Numbered from the stretch's first letter, positions 48,610 to 57,170 are shown. The stretch: 64,000 nt of DNA from Fidelibacterota bacterium (GCA_046861395.1 JBHHUC010000005.1:1-64000); one strand, 5' to 3'. Numbers and translations are program-made. Notes: a model not told the origin generated them from the sequence alone.

Positions 48610-50206
48610 TGGGTGTTGCCGGTCGGTTATCCATGAGCCAGGTCCGGATAATCCGGGCCGCATCCTCTGGAACTTCCTTGCTGAAGGCCAGAACATCCTC
48701 CGTCACCTGGTCTTTTTTCTTCAATTTTTCCCGGGCTTCGGGACTGAGTTTTTCAAGAAGCAAATCGTTTTTCTTCTCGGCACTGTCAGCCTGTCCTCCA
48801 GGTAAGGCTTCTGGCTGGTCGCCTTCCGGCAGTGCCGACAGGCCCTCGCCGTCACTGAGCTGGAAAATCGGCATACCGTTTTTCAACAGGGATTTGATCA
48901 AGAAAAGTGCCAGGATCAAGGCCACGCCGATAAAACTTTTATCAATAACACTCGACCATAACTGGTTTTTTTCCATTGAAGCAAAATATTCCTGATCATC
49001 GGCAAAAATCGAACGATCGAATTTCAGGTTTTGCACCTCTACCACATCCCCCCGATCGGGATTATAACCCACGGCACTGCGCACCAGAGAAGCAATCCGG
49101 TCCAGGTCCTTTTTCTTCCACTCCTGGTACACGGTAGTGGGGTTACCGTCTTCGTCCGTGCCGGGAACCAGTAATCCATTTAACAGGACCGCAACACTTA
49201 TATTTTTAATTGTGCCACTGTTACCGGTATAATGTTCGACGGTTTTATTCAATTCATAGTTCGTAATGACATTTTCTTTCGAATAATCTTCCTGGTTTGT
49301 GCCGGCCGAGTCGTTCCCGGAATTCGAAGATTCCGATAAGCGCTCTTCACTTACAATTACCACATTCTCCGGATCATAGAATTCCGAGGTTCGGTTAACC
49401 TGTTCAAAGTCCAGTTCAACCGACACTTCCACCACCACATTTCCGTAGCCGGCCACTCCTTCAACAATCCCCCGAACCTTGCTCTGTAATTTTCGTTCTA
49501 TTGCATTACGCAATTCCCATTGCGAGCCGGTAGTGCCGGATGCTAGTTCCGTCTGAGCATTGGACAATAAATTGCCTTCCTCATCCACAACCACGACATT
49601 ATCCGGTTCAATACCCTCCACGCTGTTTGCCACCAGGGCAACAATTCCCTTTACCTGATCCTGGTTGATATAAGTATTCTGCGCCGTGTAAAGCACAATG
49701 GAGGCCGATCCGTTTTTGCGATCTTCAAAAATTCCTTTTTCGGGAAAGACCAAATGAACCCGGCTGTTTTTGATCCCGGGGAATTGATTAATGGTCTTGG
49801 TCAGTTCGCCTTCCAGGGCACGACGCATATTGAGCTGTTGCATAAATGTCGTCATACCGATTTTGGAATTATCGAACACTTCATAACCAGTGGCAGAGGT
49901 ACTTAAATATCCCAGATCGGCGAACTGGACCTTCAACTCGGCCACCTTGTCGGCGGGAACAAGAATGGTCCGGCCGCCACGTTCAATCTTATATTCAATT
50001 TTCCCCGATTCAAGATCACCGATGATATCACTGGCATTGGCCGGATCCAAGTCAGAGTACAGCACGGCAAATTCCGGGCGGTTGGCCCAGAGCAACAGGG
50101 AAGTGATGGCCGATATCATACCGATTATCACAATGGTAATCACCACCCGCTGAGCCACGGTATACTGGCTGATTACCAGATTGAATCGTTGCATAAAAGT
50201 ATTCAT
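48599..50206 (-). CDS. fliF: MS-ring protein FliF
   Basis: Two TMs, GYEVFD, RALEGELTKTI, RVHL, ASI, ISVAVLL, GYNPDRGD. Confidence 0.96.
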   Translation of the reverse strand: MNTFMQRFNLVISQYTVAQRVVITIVIIGMISAITSLLLWANRPEFAVLYSDLDPANASDIIGDLESGKIEYKIERGGRTILVPADKVAELKVQFADLGYLSTSATGYEVFDNSKIGMTTFMQQLNMRRALEGELTKTINQFPGIKNSRVHLVFPEKGIFEDRKNGSASIVLYTAQNTYINQDQVKGIVALVANSVEGIEPDNVVVVDEEGNLLSNAQTELASGTTGSQWELRNAIERKLQSKVRGIVEGVAGYGNVVVEVSVELDFEQVNRTSEFYDPENVVIVSEERLSESSNSGNDSAGTNQEDYSKENVITNYELNKTVEHYTGNSGTIKNISVAVLLNGLLVPGTDEDGNPTTVYQEWKKKDLDRIASLVRSAVGYNPDRGDVVEVQNLKFDRSIFADDQEYFASMEKNQLWSSVIDKSFIGVALILALFLIKSLLKNGMPIFQLSDGEGLSALPEGDQPEALPGGQADSAEKKNDLLLEKLSPEAREKLKKKDQVTEDVLAFSKEVPEDAARIIRTWLMDNRPATPNGR

Positions 50207-50218
50207 AGCGATCCCTTG

Positions 50219-50533
50219 TTAAACCGTCATTCGTTGAATTTCCTTGTAAGAATCCAATAGTTTATTGCGGATTTCTACCAAGAGTTGGAAACTGATTCGA
50301 CTTTCTTCCATCGTGGCCATGGCTTCCGAAATACTCTCGGACTTACCCTCCACCACCGCCGTCACTTTTTCCGCCGCCGCGGCCTGCTTATCATTTACCG
50401 TTTCAATAAAATCTCTGATTGCCGTGGCAAAGCTGGGACTTTCCGGTCCATCGGTTTTTTCTCCCCCTTCGTTGGTTTTTTCAATAATTGCCTTTGGAAG
50501 AATCTGTTGTTGAATAGGATCGATGATTGCCAT
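50219..50533 (-). CDS. fliE: Hook-basal body protein FliE
   Basis: C-terminal EIRNKLLDSYKEIQRM. Confidence 0.95.
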   Translation of the reverse strand: MAIIDPIQQQILPKAIIEKTNEGGEKTDGPESPSFATAIRDFIETVNDKQAAAAEKVTAVVEGKSESISEAMATMEESRISFQLLVEIRNKLLDSYKEIQRMTV

Positions 50534-50541
50534 AGTTATTC

Positions 50542-50829
50542 CTAACTGATCAGGTCAATAAAGTGACCTTTTGGTGTCGTGGGTGTCGTTTTCTGATTGT
50601 AGAACTGCATGGTATCCGGTTTTTCCGCCCCAAACAGCATGTGTAATGATTCTTTTTCCGGCGCTGTCAAGACCCGGGCGGGCGTGGTGACTGTCTCTGT
50701 TCTGTCAGATTCCGATATTGTACCATTGATTTCAAATACGGATTCGTGACCCGGCTGATCCGGACGTGCAGTTCGGTTCAGAGCCTGTTGCTCCGGACGA
50801 ATTGCATTGAGGGCTGTTTCAATTTTCAT
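50542..50829 (-). CDS. Hypothetical protein between flgC and fliE
   Basis: Starts right after the flgC stop; LTAPEKESLHMLFG helix; ends KGHFIDLIS. Confidence 0.72.
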   Translation of the reverse strand: MKIETALNAIRPEQQALNRTARPDQPGHESVFEINGTISESDRTETVTTPARVLTAPEKESLHMLFGAEKPDTMQFYNQKTTPTTPKGHFIDLIS

Positions 50830-51330
50830 CTAAATCTCCAGGGCTTTCTTGGCCATGCCTTTGGCGGCACGCATTACACTAATATTGGCTTCATACAGAC
50901 GGCTGGCGGATACCAGGTCCACCATTTCTTCAACGGTATTGATATTGGGCATAGTTACATATCCATTCTCGTCCGCTTTGGGATGAGAGGGGTCATAGAC
51001 TTTCTTGTCTCCCTTCATTTCCACAACCTTGAAGCTGTCAGCTTGATTTTCCGTTTGCAGACCGCTGCCGGCGTTGTGTTTATGTCGAATATGACTGCCT
51101 TTGGTCTGTCGCAACGCCAACGCCATTTGGCTGCCGAAATTTGACCTGCCGGTTGCAGGGGCCGGATTGCCGGAGACAACAACTGTTTTCCGATGATATA
51201 CCTTACCGTTTTCATCAGGCAGCTTTTCCGCATTCGCTATATTCTCGGAAATGACATTTAATTTTTTCATTTGAGATGAAAGGCCGGCCAGTGTCGTCCG
51301 CAACGAAGAGAAAATTCCAATCGTATTCAT
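50830..51330 (-). CDS. flgC: Rod protein FlgC
   Basis: ISENIANA, YDPSHPKADENGYV.MPNIN..EM..ASRLYEAN. Confidence 0.96.
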   Translation of the reverse strand: MNTIGIFSSLRTTLAGLSSQMKKLNVISENIANAEKLPDENGKVYHRKTVVVSGNPAPATGRSNFGSQMALALRQTKGSHIRHKHNAGSGLQTENQADSFKVVEMKGDKKVYDPSHPKADENGYVTMPNINTVEEMVDLVSASRLYEANISVMRAAKGMAKKALEI

Positions 51331-51336
51331 AGCGAA

Positions 51337-51720
51337 TTAATTCCTTCCCACAATGCTGTCGCTTAAGCCTCGATAATACCGTCCCAGGGCGCTGGTAGTA
51401 AAATCGTACCTGATTTGGTTTTCCGTTAGACTGACCATTTCCTCCGTCAGGTCTACTTCATTATTCTGCGTCTGGTTACTGGCAACCCGGGTTATGGTTT
51501 TACTGATGGCGTGGGTAATGTGTTTGTTATTGGTTGTCTTCAGCCGTGACTGGCCGATGGTTTTATCCAGTACAACGGAGAAATCCGAATTCTCTTTTTG
51601 ATACGTAGGATCTTCCGCGTGAGCTATATTCCGGGCGATGACTTCCTGGCGTTTTTCTTGCCGCTGAATCGCTTCTTTCAGCGTGGTAGCATAGCCGTTT
51701 GTAAATAATTTGATATTCAT
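51337..51720 (-). CDS. flgB: Rod protein FlgB
   Basis: RQEVIARNIAHAEDPTY, TNNKH, NEVDLTEEM..NQIRY; first gene before flgC. Confidence 0.92.
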   Translation of the reverse strand: MNIKLFTNGYATTLKEAIQRQEKRQEVIARNIAHAEDPTYQKENSDFSVVLDKTIGQSRLKTTNNKHITHAISKTITRVASNQTQNNEVDLTEEMVSLTENQIRYDFTTSALGRYYRGLSDSIVGRN

Positions 51721-51734
51721 GGCACTTTCTTCCG

Positions 51735-51751
51735 TTCAAGTGGCGTGCCAA
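51735..51751 (-). promoter_or_regulatory. sigma54-type promoter of the flgB operon (variant -12)
   Basis: Minus strand TTGGCACGCCACTTGAA: perfect TGGCACG -24 box, canonical spacing, TTGA at -12. Confidence 0.8.
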
Positions 51752-51863
51752 GACTATCCGGTAGTATTTCAGAAAAATTGAAAAATGCTTAATGTGTTTA
51801 AATATATAGCGTTATACTTTATAGTGCATTGGGTCGGATTTCAGACAGAGCAGGAAAAACTAT

Positions 51864-51896
51864 TACCAATCTTTCCTCTTTCGGGAAAAATTTTCC
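51864..51896. promoter_or_regulatory. Candidate enhancer for the flgB promoter
   Basis: GGAAAAATTTTCC palindrome (51884) and a right-half match TACCAATCTTTCC 20 bp away (51864). Confidence 0.62.
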
Positions 51897-51936
51897 GTAA
51901 TGATTGGAGGGGTATCAGGCGACCCGGATGAAAATA

Positions 51937-53307
51937 TCAGTTGTCTGTTTCCAGACTGTATTGCTGCAGTTTATTGCGCAGTGTGCGAACATTAATACCC
52001 AGGATTTCAGCGGCCCGGGTGCGATTATTATTGGTGCGCTCCAGGGTGCTGATGATGAGATGTTTTTCCATTTCAGCAATTGACATGTTGCGTGAAAAAG
52101 GCTGTGATTCCTGCGGGGGATGAGGAATGATGTCCTCTCGGAAATTTTCTAGGGACAGTTTGATATTGTTGCCGGCATAAAGAATGGCCCGTTCGATGAG
52201 ATTTTCCAGTTGACGAACGTTTCCCGGCCAATCCCGGCGGCATAAATCGTCAATGATTTCCTGATCGATTCGTTTTTTCTTCCCTTTATATTTCGCATTA
52301 AATTTTTCCAGGAAATGTTTGACCAACAACGGCACATCTTCCAGCCGCTCCCGGAGCGGCGGAACAACGATGGGAAATACATTGAGGCGGTAATAAAGGT
52401 CGGCCCGGAAGTTTCCTTCCTGTATTTCATCGGCAATGGATTGGTTGGACGTGGCAATAATTCTTACATCTACCGGGATCTCCTTCGTACTGCCAACGCG
52501 ATTTATTTTATTTTCCTGTAACACACGTAACAACTTGGCCTGCATGGCTGGTGTTGTTTCCGTGATTTCATCCAATAATAAGGTGCCTCCGTCCGCTTCT
52601 TCAAAAAGACCCTTATGTTGTTTTATGGCACTGGTAAAGGCTCCTTTTTCATGGCCGAAAAACGTGCTATCATAAAGAGTTTCCGGGATGGCAGAACAGT
52701 TTATCTTGATAAACGGCTTATCGGCCCGGTTGCTGGTGTTGTGAATCGTGCGGGCGATGATTTCCTTGCCCGTACCGCTTTCACCCTGAATAAATACAGG
52801 AGCATCACTGTTACACACAATTTCAATCTGGGAATGAATGGCTTTGATCCCGGGACTTTCACCAATCAGAACCTGATATTTTTCCTTATCGGATAATTTT
52901 CGTTTCAGCGCCCTATTCTCACCTACCAGACTAATGTATTCGAAATAGCGTTGTACGCGGGATTCAATCTGTGAAATGGAAAATGGTTTGGTAATAAAAT
53001 CAAAGGCGCCGTCTTTCAGCGTTTTCACCGCTGTTTCAACGGTTCCGTATGCCGTGATGAATATGAAACCGGTGTCGGGAAATTTCTCCTTTGTCATGGC
53101 CATGAGTTCTGGTCCGTTGACACGCGGCATTACAAAGTCCGTTATAACCAGATCACAGGGATTATCCTTCAAAGAATCAAATGCTTCTTCGCCGTTTTTG
53201 GCAATACTTACATCATATCCGCTGCTGGTCAGAGCATCCTTCAATATGCTGCGCATACTGTAATCATCATCCACGACCATGAGTTTTTTTCTGACTTCGG
53301 CTGACAT
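51937..53307 (-). CDS. NtrC-family sigma54 enhancer-binding response regulator (FleR/FlgR-like)
   Basis: Receiver (VVDDD, LVITD, ITAYG, TKPF), AAA+ (GESGTGKE, GAFTSA, LLLDEI, QAKLLRVLQE, DLYYRL), Fis HTH (AAEILGINVRTLRNKL). Confidence 0.95.
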   Translation of the reverse strand: MSAEVRKKLMVVDDDYSMRSILKDALTSSGYDVSIAKNGEEAFDSLKDNPCDLVITDFVMPRVNGPELMAMTKEKFPDTGFIFITAYGTVETAVKTLKDGAFDFITKPFSISQIESRVQRYFEYISLVGENRALKRKLSDKEKYQVLIGESPGIKAIHSQIEIVCNSDAPVFIQGESGTGKEIIARTIHNTSNRADKPFIKINCSAIPETLYDSTFFGHEKGAFTSAIKQHKGLFEEADGGTLLLDEITETTPAMQAKLLRVLQENKINRVGSTKEIPVDVRIIATSNQSIADEIQEGNFRADLYYRLNVFPIVVPPLRERLEDVPLLVKHFLEKFNAKYKGKKKRIDQEIIDDLCRRDWPGNVRQLENLIERAILYAGNNIKLSLENFREDIIPHPPQESQPFSRNMSIAEMEKHLIISTLERTNNNRTRAAEILGINVRTLRNKLQQYSLETDN

Positions 53308-53319
53308 TTCTGACCTTAG

Positions 53320-53904
53320 CTACTCGTTGGTAACAGTATTTTCTTCCGGAGTTGCAGTATGCATTGAATAGGATTGTTTCATCAGGTTTTCTTCCAGTTT
53401 CAGCACTTGACTTTCCGGCACAGGTTCATCTCTGGTTTCCAATTTGGCAATATGTTTCTTCAATTCTTGATTTTCCTCCATCAGTTGCAGGACACGTTTT
53501 TCCCTTTTTTCCGCCACTTCTGTTTCCTGCAGCAGATGTCGCCCCCGGTCCAGAGCTGCCTTCAGTTCATCCAGATGGAACGGTTTCATGAGGTAATCCA
53601 AATATCGCTTCCTCAGGGCATCAATACAACCCTTCAGGCTGGGGCGGGCAGTCATCAGAATAATGAAACACCGGGGATTACCATTCTGTACCACTTCCGC
53701 CAGCATGGGATTGCCGCGGGGTGTGATCTGCAATGATAAAAGAGCGAAATCCAATGTTTCACGATCACTGATTTTTCGGGCCTCCATATAATCCGTGGCC
53801 GGGTAAACAGTAAAGCCGTAGTCTTGCAGGGCGGTTTCTAACTGCTGAACCACCGCAGCGTCTTTGTCGGCCACAAGAATCGCTGAATGATGTGAATCTG
53901 GCAC
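53320..53904 (-). CDS. Pseudo-receiver protein with C-terminal coiled coil
   Basis: ILVADKD, IILMTA, YLMKPF; expected phospho-Asp reads DFALLS. Start placed at GTG 53904 (ORF track 54045 overlaps the next gene). Confidence 0.78.
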   Translation of the reverse strand: MPDSHHSAILVADKDAAVVQQLETALQDYGFTVYPATDYMEARKISDRETLDFALLSLQITPRGNPMLAEVVQNGNPRCFIILMTARPSLKGCIDALRKRYLDYLMKPFHLDELKAALDRGRHLLQETEVAEKREKRVLQLMEENQELKKHIAKLETRDEPVPESQVLKLEENLMKQSYSMHTATPEENTVTNE

Positions 53905-53929
53905 AAATATCCGTGTTTTATTTGATTTT

Positions 53930-54133
53930 TTATTGCTCCGTGAAGTTAAAATGTATTTCGACCGCTTGCCCGCAGGCACAGGTATGGACCACACCAACGA
54001 TTTCATCATTTTCAATGAGTGGTTGAATATCATGATCCTTGGCAAAAGTATGGTGTTTTACCTGGATCGGCCTCGGGTCTTCCAGCCGAATCTGATCCTG
54101 TTTGATTACAGGATTCCGGTTTGGAACTCTCAT
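53930..54133 (-). CDS. Small protein with HTCACG (CxC) motif
   Basis: AAGGA 6 nt upstream of ATG 54133 (alternative start 54202); ends VVHTCACGQAVEIHFNF; co-oriented and non-overlapping with the pseudo-receiver. Confidence 0.62.
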   Translation of the reverse strand: MRVPNRNPVIKQDQIRLEDPRPIQVKHHTFAKDHDIQPLIENDEIVGVVHTCACGQAVEIHFNFTEQ

Positions 54134-54235
54134 GGATTGTCCTTCTATTATATGTTTTCCAAGCAGGTTAAATCCTGTTTCGGTGTGTTTATTTTCTAAC
54201 ATATTGTGTCACCAGGGTTTGTTCCCAGGCAATGT

Positions 54236-54251
54236 TACAACATTCTTGCCA
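54236..54251 (-). promoter_or_regulatory. Possible sigma54-type promoter of the regulator operon
   Basis: Minus strand TGGCAAGAATGTTGTA: canonical spacing, TTGT at -12. Confidence 0.5.
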
Positions 54252-54267
54252 CGGCAGGAACCTGAAA

Positions 54268-54320
54268 GAAAACAATTTCATTTCCAAGGAATATTTTACC
54301 CATAATCGGAATTAAATTCC
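54268..54320. promoter_or_regulatory. Three GGAA-N5-TTCC-like sites at 20-bp period
   Basis: GAAAACAATTTCA (54268), GGAATATTTTACC (54288), GGAATTAAATTCC (54308). Confidence 0.65.
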
Positions 54321-54346
54321 TAAGGCTGTGTAAAAAGAAGCTGTGA

Positions 54347-55027
54347 CTATTTTTCCGGGGTGCGGGATTTGTCCAGATCGATCATGAGGGGACCGCCTTC
54401 GGAATATTCAACCGAACTCAGTTTATTGATTTCACCGATTTTTTGTGTAACCAGATGAATTTTGACGGCATTCTCTATGATGGATCGGAGATGTTCCCGC
54501 GTTTCCAGTGAAGCCTCTTTATTGGATAATAATAAAAATTCTGCTGTGGAAATGATAGTTTGCAGAGGTGTATTGATTTCATGACTGGCAGTAACCGCCA
54601 GTTGATGAATGGCATCAATGCCGTATTCTTTCATGGATTCCTGCCGGTCCCGGACTTTCCTTAAGGCGGCCCGGACGCGGGCGCGGATTTCCTGATTACT
54701 GCAGGGTTTTACGATATATTCGTCGGCACCGTGGGTGAGGCCCTTTACGATGCGCTTGGTATCGCTCACAGCCGTCAGCATAATAAAATAACAATCGGAA
54801 TATTTAGGATGCGTTTTTACCCGTTCACATAATTCTTCCCCGGACAGATTCGGCATCATGATATCGGAAAGAATCACATCGGGTTTCTCTTTCTCGATCT
54901 GTTTCAGGCCTTCGGCTCCGTCCCTGGCCAAAAAGATATCCACATCATCCTTTTTGAATAAAAAATGGAGCGCCTTTAAAAAGGGCTCATTATCCTCAAT
55001 AATGAGCAATTTCATCCGATCGCTCAT
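54347..55027 (-). CDS. Receiver + HisKA (DHp) protein lacking an ATPase domain
   Basis: IIEDN, ILSDIMMP, MLTA, VKP; then ASHEINTPLQTI and only about 65 further residues with no N/G boxes. Confidence 0.88.
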   Translation of the reverse strand: MSDRMKLLIIEDNEPFLKALHFLFKKDDVDIFLARDGAEGLKQIEKEKPDVILSDIMMPNLSGEELCERVKTHPKYSDCYFIMLTAVSDTKRIVKGLTHGADEYIVKPCSNQEIRARVRAALRKVRDRQESMKEYGIDAIHQLAVTASHEINTPLQTIISTAEFLLLSNKEASLETREHLRSIIENAVKIHLVTQKIGEINKLSSVEYSEGGPLMIDLDKSRTPEK

Positions 55028-55183
55028 TGCCGCCCCCGGGGTTGCGCTGGGATATATAATTTAAATGGCATACGACCTTTTTCCTTTGTTGAATTCTTCC
55101 CCGATTTTGGTTTCAACCGATTGATTAACGCCGTATAATTTACACAGCCTGGTAAGGAATCTTTGTAACATTCTAATTCCAGA

Positions 55184-56002
55184 CTAATTATCGGCCTCCG
55201 TGTCCGATTCCTTTTTCATTTCCCCTTCCATTTCTCCCATCTTCATACGTTCGATACTGCCTCTTTCATAAACAATTTCTACTCGTCGATTCTTGTTCCG
55301 ACCTTCCACTGTATTATTATTGCCCACCGGTCGGTATTCTGCAAATCCTTCCGCCGATAATTGTTCGGGGGGAATACCATTTTCGATGAGATAACGAACA
55401 ATTCTACTGGCCCGGTTGGCCGATAGTTCCCAGTTGGAAGGAAACAGTTCGGTGTTAATGGGACGATTGTCCGTATGCCCCTCAACCTTGATATGGTAAT
55501 CAAATTGTTTGAGCATATCTTTTACCTTGTTCAGAATATCTAACCCTTCCGGGTTGATGGCTGTTTCCCCCGGGGGAAACAGCACAAGATCCGATATTGT
55601 AATGACGGCGCCGCGGCCATCCTGCTTGACCTGAACCTGACCTCCTAATTTATTTTTCATTATGAATTCTTCCACTTCGGACTGGATGCTGTCCAATTCA
55701 GCCTGGACCATTCCACCCAATTCATCCACCGCTTCCGGTTTGCTTTCGGTACCCATATTTAACATTTCCAGTCCTTCGCGGGTCCCGGCCATGGGAACAT
55801 CCTCTTTTCCAATGGCAGAACGCAACGATTGTACCAGCTGAGCAAATTTATCCATTTTTGTTTCACTCATGGAAAACAGCAGAATAAAAAAGGTTAACAA
55901 CAGTGTCATCAGGTCGCCATAGGTCATTAACCAGCCGGCGCCCTCCTCACCAGATTCGGGTTCGTCGTCAGGAATATAAGGCTGGGTTTCTTCTTCGGAC
56001 AT
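55184..56002 (-). CDS. motB: Stator B subunit (MotB/PomB)
   Basis: WLMTYGDLMTLLLTFFILL, OmpA-like EGHTDN, SNWELSANRA, NRRVEI. Confidence 0.96.
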   Translation of the reverse strand: MSEEETQPYIPDDEPESGEEGAGWLMTYGDLMTLLLTFFILLFSMSETKMDKFAQLVQSLRSAIGKEDVPMAGTREGLEMLNMGTESKPEAVDELGGMVQAELDSIQSEVEEFIMKNKLGGQVQVKQDGRGAVITISDLVLFPPGETAINPEGLDILNKVKDMLKQFDYHIKVEGHTDNRPINTELFPSNWELSANRASRIVRYLIENGIPPEQLSAEGFAEYRPVGNNNTVEGRNKNRRVEIVYERGSIERMKMGEMEGEMKKESDTEADN

Positions 56003-56007
56003 AACGG

Positions 56008-56802
56008 TTATTTCTTACCTTTGACTTTGGGCTTGGCCGCTTTTTCCGCTTTTTTCGTTTCATTAGAGGCCAAGAATTTGTTCAGCTTATCCTCCATCAG
56101 TTTGGGGTTTTCAGAGGCCTGAATGGAACGAATAGCTTCGATGACCAAATTGTTCAGCAGGGCTTCCTGATGACTCCGACGCTGAAGTTTGACGGCGATA
56201 GGCACACAAAACATATTTGCAATAATCGCTCCGTAAAATGTGGTCAACAGTGCCACAGCCATTTTGGGTCCGATGGTGGACGGGTCGGACAATTCTGCCA
56301 ACATCTGAATCAGGCCGATTAGTGTTCCCACCATTCCAAAGGCCGGAGCATATTTTCCCATCTCAACAAAGATTTCCCAGCCGACTCGGTGGCGGTGTTT
56401 GATATTCACTACTTCAATCTGCAGAATATTGTTTATGGACGGATTAGGAACACCATCGACAACCAGTTGCAAACCCTTCCGCAGAAAATCATAGTTTACT
56501 TTACTCAGTTCCTTATCCAGGGCCAGGAGTCCGTCCCGACGCGCTTTGATTGATAATTCCACCATTTCTTTTATCAACTTCCTGGGATCGGTGGCCTTAA
56601 ACAGGAATACCTTCCTTAATGTACCGAAGACTTTAAATACTTCGTTTAAGGGGTAAGCAATAAGGGTTGCGGCAATCGTCCCGCCTACCACAATTAAAAA
56701 TCCAGGTGCATTAACAAATAATTCCAATCCTGAATTCAACAGAATGGAAAACACAATCAATCCTACACCGGTTACAATACCAACTACGGTTGCAATATCC
56801 AT
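56008..56802 (-). CDS. motA: Stator A subunit (MotA/PomA)
   Basis: MDIAT, IVVGGT, ARRDGLLAL, APAFGMVGTLIGLIQML, ALLTTFYG. Confidence 0.96.
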   Translation of the reverse strand: MDIATVVGIVTGVGLIVFSILLNSGLELFVNAPGFLIVVGGTIAATLIAYPLNEVFKVFGTLRKVFLFKATDPRKLIKEMVELSIKARRDGLLALDKELSKVNYDFLRKGLQLVVDGVPNPSINNILQIEVVNIKHRHRVGWEIFVEMGKYAPAFGMVGTLIGLIQMLAELSDPSTIGPKMAVALLTTFYGAIIANMFCVPIAVKLQRRSHQEALLNNLVIEAIRSIQASENPKLMEDKLNKFLASNETKKAEKAAKPKVKGKK

Positions 56803-56829
56803 CGTGCTCTACTCATGGCTGTATCGTAT

Positions 56830-57021
56830 TCATTGTTTTTGTTCCCAATCATCCGTTTTTTCGCCGGGCTGAAACAGATTTAACAACGCCTGACGATAAA
56901 ACCTCCATTGACCGCCGATCTTTACAGCAGGGATTTTGCCTTCATGAATCAACTTGTACATGGTTCGTTCCTTGATGCCAAGGAAAACGCAGGCTTCTTT
57001 TATGTTTAATATTTGATTCAT
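56830..57021 (-). CDS. Excisionase-like HTH_17 DNA-binding protein
   Basis: LNIKEACVFLGIKERTMYKLIHEGKIPAVKIGGQWRF; start 57021 or 57060 (the latter sits at the predicted sigma28 +1). Confidence 0.9.
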   Translation of the reverse strand: MNQILNIKEACVFLGIKERTMYKLIHEGKIPAVKIGGQWRFYRQALLNLFQPGEKTDDWEQKQ

Positions 57022-57067
57022 CTGTTTTCTGCCTCGGTCCTTTCGCCGTAATCCGGTCATACTCTTA

Positions 57068-57094
57068 CCATCGGTGAAAACGGGTAAATCTTTA
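57068..57094 (-). promoter_or_regulatory. sigma28 promoter of HTH-motA-motB
   Basis: Minus strand TAAA-N15-ACCGATGG. Confidence 0.78.
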
Positions 57095-57100
57095 ACTTTT

Positions 57101-57170
57101 TTGCAGAATTTTGAACAAATTAACGGTAGAACAACCTTAGTCGCAGGACATTGCAGAACATTGCCGGTTT
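57101..57170. repeat. Five imperfect direct repeats in exact 10-bp phase
   Basis: TTGCAGAATT (57101), TTGAACAAAT (57111), TCGCAGGACA (57141), TTGCAGAACA (57151), TTGCCGGTTT (57161). Confidence 0.6.

Noticed and set aside
53933..54199. 88-aa plus-strand ORF
   Set aside because: Opposes the whole cluster and is antisense to the better-supported CxC mini-gene.
54303..54329. Possible sigma28 promoter (TCCGATTA)
   Set aside because: No TAAA at 15-bp spacing; the sequence is explained by the overlapping palindrome.
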